This document shows, piece by piece, positions 26,314 through 38,488 of a stretch of DNA of 64,000 bases. Each line of letters opens with the position of its first letter. Positions within the stretch are counted from its first letter, which is position 1. Origin of the DNA: Podarcis tiliguerta (lineage: Eukaryota). The DNA lies in NCBI GenBank assembly GCA_965153285.1, contig OZ229114.1, one strand, 5' to 3'. Both the position numbers and the translations under genes were made by a program. Under the pieces are notes generated by a model. It did no database searches. It was not told the DNA's origin and worked only from the letters and a program-made list of their open reading frames with translations.

Positions 26314-29300
26314 AGCTAGATTTTCAGGAATTGAGAGGGAGCAAATGGTGGCAATACCAGAGATGGAGGAAGTACTTTGTGCAGGAAACCTGTGCCTTGC
26401 TGAATAGCTGCAGGGGGAAGGTGCCAGTTTCCCCTTTCCCAGCTAGTGAGAAAAAACCGGGAGGTGGGATGAAGAGAGGAGGTGGTGGGGCTCTAATTCC
26501 AAGCAGACCTTGCTGGAGCAGGAATGGATTTGGAAATTCCTGAGTGTTGGGAAATGGCTTTAATGCAATTAACTGAAATAAAAGGAGGGGGTCAGATAAT
26601 GGGGCAAAGGTTCCTCTACCATAAAGAGGAGTAAAACAAAAACAGCTGTTCTGAAGCCCTCAAACTCTGCTCATTAAATCCCATCTGAGGCTAATGGTTT
26701 GGGCCGTTAATTGTGGGTGGTGTCTTAAAAAGATACTGATGCTTTCATAGTTTTGCTTAGTGTAAGAGGCAGCTGGCATCCCGACTCCCCAGAAATGGCT
26801 TGCATGGGCTTTTAAGCATGCCGGTAGGCAGCAAGCACAGTGCAGACAGTGATGTGGTGCTGAATTGCATGATTAGATATGTAATAGACATTTCTTGTCC
26901 ATGACTCAGCTTGGGCTTTTGCTGCTGAAGTTAACATGTTGATGGGGAGAGGAAAAGAACCCTTCCAGCCTTCTTTAAGTTCCTGAACTGGAGAGCTGCC
27001 AGCAGAGCAAATGCATTGTTACATACCACTCAAATCTCCATGAATGGTGTGAGATTCTAAGGGATGCAGATGCACTAACCAGGGTCTATGTTTCCTTTTG
27101 GGACAATGTGTCACAACAGAGACTGTGGTATCTTAATGATATATGAAAAGAATGTTTTTTCTGCTACCACTGAAGCTGATATTATTTTGCTCAGAAGCCT
27201 GATTGAGCTTCAGACTACTGCTCTTGGGAAGGAGTGCGGTCTGTTGGGCCTATGCCAAACTTTAAACAACTTCTTCATTAATTTCCTAACCCCAAACCTC
27301 ACAGTAACTATACCATTCAGTTGTAGGGCTCAACTCCTGCCATATTTGTCCAAACAGCATTCCCCACTATGCTTCCAGATGTGCTAGCAAACATTTTAAG
27401 TCAAACATGCTGTGCAGTCCCTTTGTTTTAATCCAAGGGATGTGCTGACATGTAACACTAAGGCAAGGTGTGCGACTTGTTTATCCATAATGTGCACTAG
27501 CACTCCTGTTTTGCTCTTCCCAGCTGGGGAAAGCAAACCACAACCCTTGACTTTAGCATTATGTCCAAACCAGTGTGCATTATTTGTTCCTCTCCAAACT
27601 AACCATGCTGCGAAGCCAAGGTTTATTATTCTTGTCTTGCCGACTGTGGTTTGTTTGGGAGCAATGTACTAGGAGGAGCACTTGCTAGGATGACATCATG
27701 CCAAGCCAGAACTTGTGGTTTGTTCCTCCCAGCTGGATGAAGGGAGGAGCAAAGCAGGAATGCTTGAACTGTATGCACCAGCATACTACTTGTGCATATT
27801 ATGGTTCAAAAAACCAACACACATCTTGGCTTAGCATTACATGTGAACGTGCTCAGTGGTTCAAACTTTTCACAACAGACTTCCCTTGAAACACATGCAG
27901 AGGAGCCACACAGTTTCAGCATCACAGCAGGTGCTAATCTTGTAGCATTAAGAAAGGTCTAGGACCCACCCACCCCCTTCTCAGCAGGAAAGGTCTGTTT
28001 TGCCTGTCTCAAAAGCCCAAGGACGTTTTTATGCATCATGCAGAAAAGGGAATGCTCCAATAAAAGTAAATGGGAGTCTTGGAAACAACTGATTGCCATT
28101 GGGCAGCTGCCTACCAGACCTAGTGGAGCAGCCAAGAGAATCACCAGATGTGGGGTCACTTTGCTCTGGTGTTCTCCCTATCCTTGCAAAGAGACACTTA
28201 AGCAATGCAATAGTAAAAACACTGATAAAGTTCTGTCCCATCTTGCCTGCCTGGTGACCAGTCTCTCATGTTTGGAAAGAAAACTCCTAAGTGTGTCTTA
28301 TAACCAGCATATCCTTGCCTGTCATTTTCTGATCTTATGTGAAACTTTCTAACCCAAGTCTAAATCCATCCAGTACTTTTTCAGAAAAGATCCTCTGCTG
28401 ACATTATCCTTCAGCTTACACTGTTGCCTCTGCAATAAATCTAGTCCCATTTACCCTCTCTTTTCATTCATGCATTGGATTTGTTATACCTATATATTGC
28501 ACTCTTTCATGGGGAAACTCAGTGTGGCTAATGGAGGGTGGTAATGGCGTGGTCAGTGTATGGTTTCTGAAACATTGGTCCAGCTATTTCTTTACAGGAT
28601 CTGGTGATGGTAAGAGCATAAAAAGAACTCCATTGGATCAAATCAACTATCCATCTAGTTGAGTACCCTTTCCCCCACAGTGACCAACCACATGCCTTTG
28701 GGACACCTACAAATGCATGAACACAATAACCCTTTCCTGTTATTGCGCCCCAGAAACTGGTGCTGAGGGACACACGGCCTCTCAAATCTGGTGAAGAATT
28801 GTGCATTTCCTGTTCTTTCATGTGTCAGAAAGAACAGGGTGGTGAGGTTAGTTGTAGCAGTGTATTCATACTTGGTCAATCAATTAATATGCACAATGTG
28901 AGCAGAAGGGCCTGACTGGATGGGCAAGCTCACGGTTGGGAACCTTAATAATATTTTTCTCTTTCTTTTGCACCAGATGTGGTGCCAGGCACTGTGCGGA
29001 ACATAGAAATGTGTTTCTGCCCAGAGGGCTTGCTGTCTTCATTAGATGGACAAGTTAGTAGGAAGAAGAGATCAGGGACTAATTGCACAATTACTTGTGC
29101 AAATGGAAGTGGAGGTGCAGGTGCAGGCAAAGACTTTGCTGATGATATGGATTATGGAAGGGCTTTTAGAAGAGAGGGAAATTGTGGGGAGGGTCCTCTG
29201 GGCACAGGGAGCATCCTGTGGCAGAAGACACAGAGAAGAAAGTGGTAGAAGAAACAAAGGTCAGTAAGAGCAACTCATCTTATGCAGAACAGAGAGCAAC

Positions 29301-29410
29301 CTTTGGGGAACCCCGAATGTGGGCATCAGAGGCGCGGTCCTTAGCCAGGGTGAGGGAGAGCACATAACTGCAGCCCCTCTCTGACTGTTGCCTTCTCATT
29401 TTCATTCCAG

Positions 29411-29504
29411 TTACTACCTTGATGGCCGAGTGGCCAAGGTGACGGACTTCCTGAAAACGCGCCTGTTAGACACACTCTCTGACCAGATCAGGAAAATCCA
29501 GAAA
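29411..29504 (+). CDS. HPSE2: Heparanase-2, exon 7, 94 nt
   Basis: ttcattccag|T TAC TAC CTT ... CAG AAA|gtgcgt; YYLDGRVAKVTDFLKTRLLDTLSDQIRKIQK. Confidence 0.96.
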
Positions 29505-31675
29505 GTGCGTGAGTGAGCTGGGGCAAGAGGGCAGCATGTCTCCAAGGGTGGGGAGCTTTCTCCTGGGCTCACTCTGCCCAGTGCTAGACGCACCTAGCAG
29601 GGGTTTCAGTTGGGACCAACCTTGCTACTTATGGGCCCTGCAGGATCCCAGCTTTCAAGTCAGGCTAAGCAAAGCTGGGAGAGTAGGTATGAAGATATCC
29701 AAGATATGCCCCATAGACAGGCTCTGTCCCTATGGGAGCATTGGGAATGGCTACTTTGGAGTCAGTCAAGCTGTAGTAGTATCAGAACTTCTGGTAGATT
29801 ATGGCAGTAAATGTACTATAGTCTCAACAAGATAGGAATTGAGGGTGAGGCAATAGACCTTTGGAAATTAAAATGAAAAGTAAGATGGAAATATGGCTCT
29901 TCTTTATGGAATGCACCTTGCTTAGCTATGAGGCTTCCTGGCAGGAATGTTTGATCCATTGTTGACTAGAATGGTTGACACATCAAAACAAACATGATTT
30001 ATCAGAAAGGACTTTTTAAATCTCACTTTGGGGTCAGATTTTCATCTGGGCTATCAGGCTGATCCTAATAGGGGACCAATCATTCTGTTAGAGAACCCAA
30101 CACAAATATTAGGTGAAGTGTCACTAATTAAAGTTATGAGCCCCTTTCTATGCTCTTGCCTTGTTTTATTGCTACAAGATGCTGCCTTCAGGTAATGAAG
30201 CCAGGTCTGGCAAGTGGCCATATCTCCTAGGCACTCTGACAGGTCTCCTGTGCAGAGGCAGAAGGAGCTGCAAGCTGGCATCCCCAGTCCTTGTTGTCAC
30301 TGATGCACTTTTGTTTGCTGGCGCCGTCTTGTCCTGGGCATGTCTGTGCTGCCAAGGTTTGTCTTGTGTTACGATGGCATTTCCCAGGCCGGTACCTCTG
30401 ATGCCATGCTCATATCTCCATTTCACCACTTCAGATGCTCAGCAAAGTACCACCGCCCAATTTGGTCTTAGAATCAAGGCCTTGTGAGAAAGTTTTGGCT
30501 GCTCCAAAACTAGCAAGTTTGTTTCCACCCTGTGGCCAGGACTATTATTACTCTCATTATGCAATCTGGCATGGTTGTGACGTGAGATTGCTTCATAGTT
30601 GCTACCACCATAGTTCCTATTCTCAGTTTCTCAGGAACAGTTTAGAGTCTGAAATCCTGTCCTGGCTTATGGAGGAGTTAGACCCTGTGCACCCATGTAG
30701 ATTGACCATCTGAGCACTAACCAGATTCCCACCCCCCTTTCATTTGGCTGCTATTCCTTTATTTAGTTTTTTGGCAAATTTACACATTATACTTGTACAT
30801 ACAGTAAGGAGCTATGTCTGATCCCAGCTCCATGGTGCATTGTATTTATATCATAAAAACAGTGAAAAATGTGTTAGCTGTGCACATATGTTTATGTATA
30901 TACACATGACAAATACAGTGTGTGAAAGTGGCCCTTTTGTGCAGTGCTGGTTGAAGGGCAGCTTTCAGTGAACATATATGCAAAGGAGTCACCATATGAG
31001 GATCAGAGATGATCAACTTTTTAAAACTGAGAATGAGGGCAACCTTTGCTGCATAACTGCTATGTGGGGATGGGTGGTTGTCCAGTCAGGAAGATGGTAG
31101 GGTTGCCCCATGGTTAGATGGCATGCCAGCCTAATGTGATGAAACTTGGAAGGGAAGTTTATCTATGTATATGGGATATATCCTACACAAGTTAGTGTGT
31201 GCGTGTAATTTCTATTTCTGTGAGGAGACGGGACTTTGAAGAAATAACAACCCCGTCTTGCAACAGTGGGGTGCTTTCTTCGCCAGCATGCTATGTGGTG
31301 CTTCAGATGGGACACATAAGCCTAGGGAAGGGAACCAGTGCTAGATCACAGGCTCCTTGGGCACTTAAGAAATGGTCGACGTGAAAGCCTGCAAAGCCCT
31401 GTATGTTAAGGGGTTGGAGTAAGATCAGTGCAGGTACTGGAAGTGGGGGAGAGGTGAGGAAGGTTGATGCCAGGCAATGGGTGGTGTTGGTAAGATATTT
31501 TTTTTAGCTCATGGTGTTTCCCATCTATTACTCACCTGTACTCTGTGACCTCATTAAGCCATGCGAAGCCAAGCAATCCTATTTGTGCTAACCTGTCCAC
31601 ATCCATAGCATTTTATGAGTACTAGCTGCCTCCTGAAGATTACTGACCATCCTTGTCCTTTTATTTTGGCAATAG

Positions 31676-31782
31676 GTTGTCAATACACATGTGCCTGGAA
31701 AAAGGATTTGGCTCGAGGGCATCGGAGCCACCTCTGAAGGAGGCATCACCAACCTCTCAGATTCCTATGCTGCCAGCTTCCT
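31676..31782 (+). CDS. HPSE2: Heparanase-2, exon 8, 107 nt
   Basis: ttggcaatag|GTT GTC AAT ... AGC TTC CT|gtgagt; VVNTHVPGKRIWLEGIGATSEGGITNLSDSYAASF(L); WLEG is HPSE2-type (HPSE1 has WLGE). Confidence 0.96.
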
Positions 31783-32040
31783 GTGAGTCAACCTGAGTGT
31801 GTTTTTGTTGGTGATGGTGGTGTGTCTGATGTGGAGACAGGGAATTAATCAATGGATAATTAATCAATAGGTATGTCAGCTGGTTGTCCCCTGGCTGCTT
31901 GTCCTTGAGTACAAGGATCCCTCACCAGTTCCCCAATCCAGCACCCCAAATCCAGTTTGGAACCCTAGCAAGGAGGTTGGGAAGAGGTTAACTCTTTGTA
32001 TCTTGCTGCAGTCCCAGTCTGGATTGGGGAGGGAAGCATA

Positions 32041-32396
32041 CAGTGGTGCCCCGCAAGACAAATGCCTCGCAAGACGGAAAACCCGCAAGACGAAAGGGTT
32101 TTCTGTTTGCAGAGGCGCAGCGCAAGACAAATTTCCCTATGGGCTTGCTTCGCAAGACGAAAATTGACGAAAATTTTCGGGGGTTTTTCCCGCTCCAAAA
32201 CCCCTTTTTCTGAATCGCTAAGCTGCTAAAAGCATTTTAGCAGCAAAACCGCTAATCCCTTAAGCCTTTAATAGGCGTTAATAGCCCTTAAACTGCCAAT
32301 AGCGCTAATCCGCTAATGGGCTTGCTTCGCAAGACGAAAAAACCGCAAGACGAAGACTCGCGGAACGGATTCTTTTCGTCTTGCAAGGCACCACTG
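32041..32396. mobile_element. Tc1/mariner (Tigger/pogo-like) MITE, 356 bp
   Basis: TA|CAGTGGTGCCCCGCAAGAC...GTCTTGCAAGGCACCACTG|TA; TA TSD; repeated CGCAAGAC motifs; CpG-rich. Confidence 0.9.
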
Positions 32397-32969
32397 TACA
32401 TTGAAAACAGCAAAAACAAAAAAAGATTCCGACATGGTTTTTTGTTTTGTTTTGTTTGCAATGAAAATTGCAGGCCTAGGAAGCACAATCCAGATTGAGA
32501 CAACAGCAGAAGGGCAAAGGATTAAAGCCCCACAAATTTAGGTCCTGATAAGGGTCATGTCCCCCATGGAAGCAGTGTGTGTGTGTGTGTGTGTGCATGC
32601 GCGTGCACATGGACAGAACTCCACAGTTAGGGTCACATGCAGTGTCTCTCTCCCCCCCCCCAGTGAACTGATTCTCTGCCTCATTTCCAGGATAAAAGTT
32701 TCAAAACACTTTGCGCATTGATCTAGACCCACTTAACTGGACATAAGTCCCATTTAATTTAATTAGTAGTCCCGTTTTACTTCTGAGTAGACATGTATAG
32801 AATTGCACTGAAAAGCAACAGCCCCTATGCACACTTTCACCAGAATGAAATGCATTGAATACAGTTAGACTTTCTTCTGAGTAATCATATATAGGATTTC
32901 ACTGTGAGTGCATTATTGTAAATTCTTCGTAAGAAATTTCCAACCAAAAGCATCTGTTTACCAGAAAGA

Positions 32970-33140
32970 GACAGGAAAAACTTTATGACCACTTGGACAA
33001 TGGAACAAACTGCCCCAAAGTTATGGAATTTCCTTCCATGGAGAAACTTTTTAAGGATAAACTGGATGGCTAGTTTTCAAGATCTAAGGAAATCCTGCCA
33101 GTGAAAGAGGCTGTTTTCAATGAGGTCCCATTCCATCCCA
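32970..33140 (+). mobile_element. Degraded CR1 3' end
   Basis: aggaaaaactt...caatggaacaaactgccc...tccttccatggaga..tttttaag...ctggat...aggtccc.ttcca.ccc, typical CR1 terminus. Confidence 0.55.
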
Positions 33141-33541
33141 TTCACTTATCCAAAGTGCATATCTTGCCTGTTCTTCAGGACGGTTTTTTACAGCTTGGAC
33201 TTTGCCATTGACAAGGGTGTTTCAAGGCTATGTGTCTTTTCTCCCTTCTGTACAAGTATAGAAAATTGGTCTAGTGAAGCACAAAACTCAATTTCATGAA
33301 AATTTTAGCTTTCTTTACCACCCAAGTAAGGCGGCTTTGGACCCTTATGTGGTAGGTTTGGAACATTTTCTGGAGACATCTCTGACGTCAGAGAATTGAG
33401 TAATTTAATATTTTCTGTGGTCAGAGAGAAGGAAGGACATCGGTGCCTTGCAGAGCTCCTTGTGCCTCCCAGCGACTTACAGAAATGGAATACATTTTTT
33501 AAAAAGTAAACACCAATCTGTTTTATCTGTATACTTTATAT

Positions 33542-33670
33542 CAGCCTTCCCAACCAGGTGCCTTCCAGATGTTTAGGACTACAAATCCCATCATCCTCAG
33601 CCCATTCTGGCTGGGGCTGGTGGGAGTCAGAGTACAAAACATCTGGAGAACACCAGGTTAGAGAAGCCTG
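33542..33670. mobile_element. hAT-type fold-back MITE with 8-bp TSD
   Basis: CAGCCTTCCCAACC...GGTTAGAGAAGCCTG; TSD CTTTATAT (33534-33541) / TTTTATAT (33671-33678). Confidence 0.75.
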
Positions 33671-33725
33671 TTTTATATAGAGTCCAGCTTTTTGAGCCAT
33701 AGAGTTTGGGATATCTCAGCATGAT

Positions 33726-33765
33726 GTTTGTTTGTTTGTTTGCTTGCTTGCTTGCTTGCTTGTTT
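33726..33765. repeat. (GTTT)n(GCTT)n compound microsatellite
   Basis: Directly visible. Confidence 0.9.
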
Positions 33766-36175
33766 ATTAAGCACAGAGTACACATACCTCTGGCTTCCTT
33801 TCCCAGCAGCTTGGTCAGAGTGCTGATTGGCTGAAAGTTCCCGTGCCCTTTTTCTCTTCCCTATCAGCACCCGGCCCGTTTGTCTTTGCTCATTAGAATG
33901 TCAGATGTACAGCGAAGATGGTGTAGCTGTACATCAGCAGACAGGATTTACTTGAAAATTGCTGCCTGCTCTGTGCTATTTTACACGTGCAACCCAATTC
34001 TGTGCATGCCTTCTCCCAAGTCAGTCAGTCATGCTTACTCCCAAATTCACTGGGGTTCACTAAGCATATAAGTAAGATTGCAGCCTCGCAGCTAAAATGA
34101 GTAAATAAAAATGACTTCTAAAATTGCATCTTTTCTCTCTATTTTATTTCTGTGCAATCGCTTTGCTTCTCCCTAACCTCAGGGACCATCACTGATAGTC
34201 ATGGAATTGTTTTTTTGGCTATCACTGAATATCTCAGCTGGGATCTATATAACTGTGTACAGTAATTCCAGCACAGCCTTTAATGGAAACGGGGAAAATG
34301 TGTAGCATTAACTGTGTTCCCAAAAGTGGTTTTCACCAGATAACTTCACAACATTTTATCACATTAGCATCTATCTCTTGAAAATCGCTTGAATTTCTGT
34401 TGCCAAAAGAGCAGAGGACTTTTATCAGAGTGCAAGCTGGATAAGAAAGTAGTGCTGTGTGCTGGATAGGGTGTGGTAGGGATACTCGAAGAATTTGTTT
34501 TTTGCAAATTCCAGTTCAAACTGGTCTGATCTGGATTAATGTAATTATTCACAAACTTTCACACTTTTCTGAATGTTGCAACTCAGTTTTCAGCAGTTTC
34601 AACAAGGGATTGATTGGGTGTGTATTTTAATGTGAATCTGTGTGTTTTCATGCTGACTTAAAATCACATACAAACTGATGGAGAAATGAACTAAATTTTA
34701 AGATTGGCAAAATGAGAAACTGAAAGAAACTAAATTCTCATGTTTGCTCATTCTTGGTTAAACGTGGCAAAATGCATTTAAAATGAATATTTTGAGAAAG
34801 AGTATATTAGAAAAAGTATTTTAAGAGAAACGGCCTTTAAAAATAAATATTTAAAAATTGGTTTTTACCTAATTAGCCCATCATTACGTACATGGAATGA
34901 CTTTTGTAAGTACAGTGGAGCTTCCCCTACACTCGTCTGCCTCCCACGACCCTCTGGAGCAGATCTGGGGGTGACATGGGGGGAGGAGAAAGGGAGGTAT
35001 TCCATTGCACTTGCAGAAGTCATTCTGCACATTCACTATATAGCTGGATTCAATCCATGTCTTTAAAATGTGAATTTTTGTGCAGGTTTTTAAAAATATT
35101 TGTTGATCAATGCAGAAAAAAAAAATGAATCCATGCAAAAGTGACACGGATGAACACATGCAAAAGCAACATGGACTTCAATTGATTTGTCCATTGCTAG
35201 AGTATCGGACTTGAAAAAGAGACATTGCACTTCAAAATTTCATCCACACTAGAACCCTTTTGAATTAAGGCATTATTTTTCCACAGTTAGCAAGTTCCAT
35301 ATGGCGCTTATTATAGCACTATATTATCTGAAGATGCTGGTCCCTATGGCCAAGATTCTTCTATAATGTTTACTATGAAGTAGTACGTCTCTTTCGGGGA
35401 AGGTTGCCTGTAACTTTATGAAGAAGCTTCCTCATTGTGTCTTCTGCCTCTAATTGCTTCCTATTCATGAAGGCAGCAGCAGTGTTGAAGAACTTCTTAA
35501 TTAGTCTCTGTTATTTGGTGTGGGGTGCTTTCTTTTCATTTTTGAATTTTCTTTTCGATTGTAAAATAATGCTATTTCAGAAAATAAAAAACAAGAAGAA
35601 ATCCATAGTTAAAACTCACCAGGGTACAAATAATTGACTAATTAAGGGGTAATGAAAAGACAGATTGTTGGTTGCACTGAACAATAAGAAAGCTTATAAT
35701 TAAAGACACAGTAGCCATAGTGCTTTGCTAGTCCACATTAAATATTGCAATTGCATTTTACCTCTTAAAAACCAAACAAATCAGCTCTGCAAAAAGGCAA
35801 CACAGACCACACAATCATTCCAACTGGTTGATTATGAGCTCATTTGAATTCTCCATAAAAATGATTGAATAAAGAATAGTAATTCCACACTATAATCTCT
35901 GCTCAGCAGTGAACCTCAATGGGTGACCTCAGGCCGGTCACTATTGCTCAGTTTAAACTACCTCACAGGGATGCTGTGAGGAAAAAATGGAGATGAAGAC
36001 GTTTGTAGTGTACTTCCTTGATAGAATGAACTAAATCTGTTGTTAATACTTCAGTTGCTCTTAAGTATGGGAGCCAAGAATCTGTGGGGCTGAGGCAGAA
36101 TGTAGAATAATGTTCTGGGAATCCATCGCCTGCTACTCTCTGAAATACTGATTAAGTCCTCTGTTTTTTTGCCAG

Positions 36176-36290
36176 GTGGCTGAACTCTCTTGGGATGTTG
36201 TCCAGTCAAGGCATTGATGTAGTAATGCGACACTCATTTTTTGACCATGGGCACAACCATCTTGTGGACCAGAACTTCAACCCTTTGCCG
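36176..36290 (+). CDS. HPSE2: Heparanase-2, exon 9, 115 nt
   Basis: tttttgccag|G TGG CTG AAC ... TTG CCG|gtaggt; WLNSLGMLSSQGIDVVMRHSFFDHGHNHLVDQNFNPLP. Confidence 0.97.
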
Positions 36291-36579
36291 GTAGGTGTGC
36301 AACACCATGTTCCATTCTGCATCTTTTGAATTTGCCCCATCACCAGTCTGTTCTTATTGGGTCTCTGCCACACCAGACTGCTTGGTTTCCTTATCTATTT
36401 ACTATAGGTATGCAGTGTGACCATGACCTCTTGTTTTGCCCTATTCTCCACACCTCTTTTTACACACACAGACACACACCATCCTTTCTGCAGTTGCTGT
36501 TCCAGAACAGCAGTTATTTTCTTAACCAATAAAGATATATGACACGTTGACCCCCACACACTATGTCTTGTATTCACAT

Positions 36580-37098
36580 ATTTATTTATTACTACATTAT
36601 TATATCCCACTTTTCCTCCAGAGAGCTCAAGGTAGCATAGACAATTCTCCCTCTCCACATTTTATCCTCACAAAACCCCTGTGAGGTAAATTAGGTTGAG
36701 AGACAGACCCAAGTGAGTTTCATGGCTGGGTGAGGTTTTGAACTCTGGTCTCCCAGGTCTGAGGCCGTATTCACACCATACATTTCAAGCACTATGATAC
36801 CACTATGATACAGTCATGGTTCCCTGCCAAGAATTCTAGGAGCTGTGGTTTGTTAAGGGTGCTGAGAGTTGGTACGAGGTCCCTATTCCCCTCACAGCAG
36901 TACAATTCTCACAGTGGTTTTACAGGCATCTCTGGGAATTGTAGGTCTGTGAGGGAAACAGGAGCCTCCCAGCACTCTCAGCTCCCATGATTCTTTGGGG
37001 GAAGCCATACCTGTTTAAAGTGGTATCACAGTGCTTTGACTATATGGTATGAATGTGGCCTTAGTCCAACTTTCTAACCACTAAAGTACACTGCTTCT
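36580..37098 (-). mobile_element. MIR-derived (Squam3-like) SINE interrupted by a palindromic MITE (36763-37060)
   Basis: atcctcacaa.accctgtgaggta core and tRNA-like head (tttgaactc...tctaaccacta) separated by an insert with GGCC...GGCC TIRs; part of the same MITE at ~16040-16235. Confidence 0.7.
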
Positions 37099-38349
37099 CC
37101 ACTGTACTCTGATCTCCACTGTACTAGCTCTGTCTCCATCTACATTTCTGTGTCCCCATTTCAGGCCAGGGCTGGCTATCCCCTTCCCTGTTGTCAGATG
37201 TGCAACACAGGACCCACCCCTTTCTCTTATCTCTCTCTGCCCGTCCACTTGCAGTGTCTCTGCCATATCAGTCTCAGTTTTTCCTCCCTGCCTTTCCTGT
37301 TCCCAGTCAGTAAATCAGGGGATTTGTGCTTGACTTCTGTGCCCTTGACCTGTTCCTCAGACTCTTGGCTGCATCACAAAAAAAAGAAAGAAAGAAAAAG
37401 CTACGAGCAGCTGAAAATCCACTGCTCCTTGTGGCCTGTTTGAACTCGGCTTGAAAATACATTTTTCCAGATTGGTTTCTTTCAGTGCTAATAGGAGACA
37501 TTAGTTAATGTCAAGCACAACATGTTGAAAGCAGATGGGGGCAGGATTACCTCTGGAGCTGGAACTTGGTCCACCGTGAAAGTCTCTGTGGGACCCTTGT
37601 GGGGTACACAAGAGCAAGAGAGTCAGGGGTTTCGGGGGGGGGGGGTGCACAAGCAGGAGAAGGGGGGGGGCAGGAGAGGAGTCTTAAGAGTCCTGAAAAC
37701 ATGCTGTAGTAACAACCAAAGTCAGGGCAGCCGGCTCCTTAGGGAAAGACTAAAGAGTCAGGAAAACGGAGCTGAACGCAGTTTAGATTTATAGGAATGA
37801 AGGTGAAAGGAGTTCACAACTTCACACAGCAGGGCAGTTCCCTCCAGTTTAATGCAAACCCGCTCATTTGTAGCTCTTCAAAAATGCTGAGGCCGTTGCT
37901 GTTCCAAGCGCTCAGGACTCTAATAAGGAAACCGTATGTAAAAGGTCTTTAAAAGTAGCAGGTTTTCTTTTCATCTTTTTTCAGTCTAATAAATTCTACA
38001 CCTTGCAAGTGGAACTCTTGGCAGCGCCGAGAAGCTCTGGATCTCCTCGGCCAGGAATTTACAAGCCTGGTCCAGGGTACCAATCTGAGAGACACTGCCA
38101 GCAGGCCCCTGGAATGCAGCGGTGGGGATCTGGGAAGCAGAAGGGCTGCCGCAAATGCAGAGTCCTGCCTGTAATGAGCTGTAGATTTTGCATTCTTCTG
38201 CAGCTGAGTCCCAGGGAGACTCTGGACTTCTTACAGTTGTCTCTCAGATAATCAGCTGTTGGTTCTGGCTCCTTCAGCCTCACATCTTCGGGCATCAGGA
38301 AAATGGATTAGAGAAGTCAAAACCCCCTCCCCATTAAAAAAAAGGAAAA

Positions 38350-38488
38350 GAATTGTCGAGTTGGAGGTGGCTGTGAGGGTCATCTAATACAAGACCCTGC
38401 AACGCAGGAATCTTTTGCCCAATGTGGGGTTCAAATCCACAGCCCTGTGATTAAGAGTCCCATGCTCTACCAACTGAGCTATCCCAGG
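38350..38488 (-). mobile_element. tRNA-Lys(CTT)-derived SINE with CR1-like tail
   Basis: Minus-strand 38488-38416 reads CCTGGGATAGCTCAGTTGGTAGAGCATGGGACTCTTAATCACAGGGCTGTGGATTTGAACCCCACATTGGGCA, then AAAGATTCCTGC..TAGATGACCCTC..CCAACT. Confidence 0.8.

Noticed and set aside
32041-32396. CRISPR-like or iteron-like repeat array
   Set aside because: Eukaryotic context, irregular spacing, bounded by TIRs and a TA TSD; it is a MITE
37633-37670. Poly-G runs as a special G-quadruplex element
   Set aside because: Similar G/C homopolymers are scattered through the window (11572, 17733, 38672, 38970, 51937); background mononucleotide repeats
38416-38488. Functional tRNA-Lys(CTT) gene
   Set aside because: T-loop/B-box mutated (GATTTGAACC), acceptor stem broken, and it runs into a SINE tail rather than an oligo-T terminator
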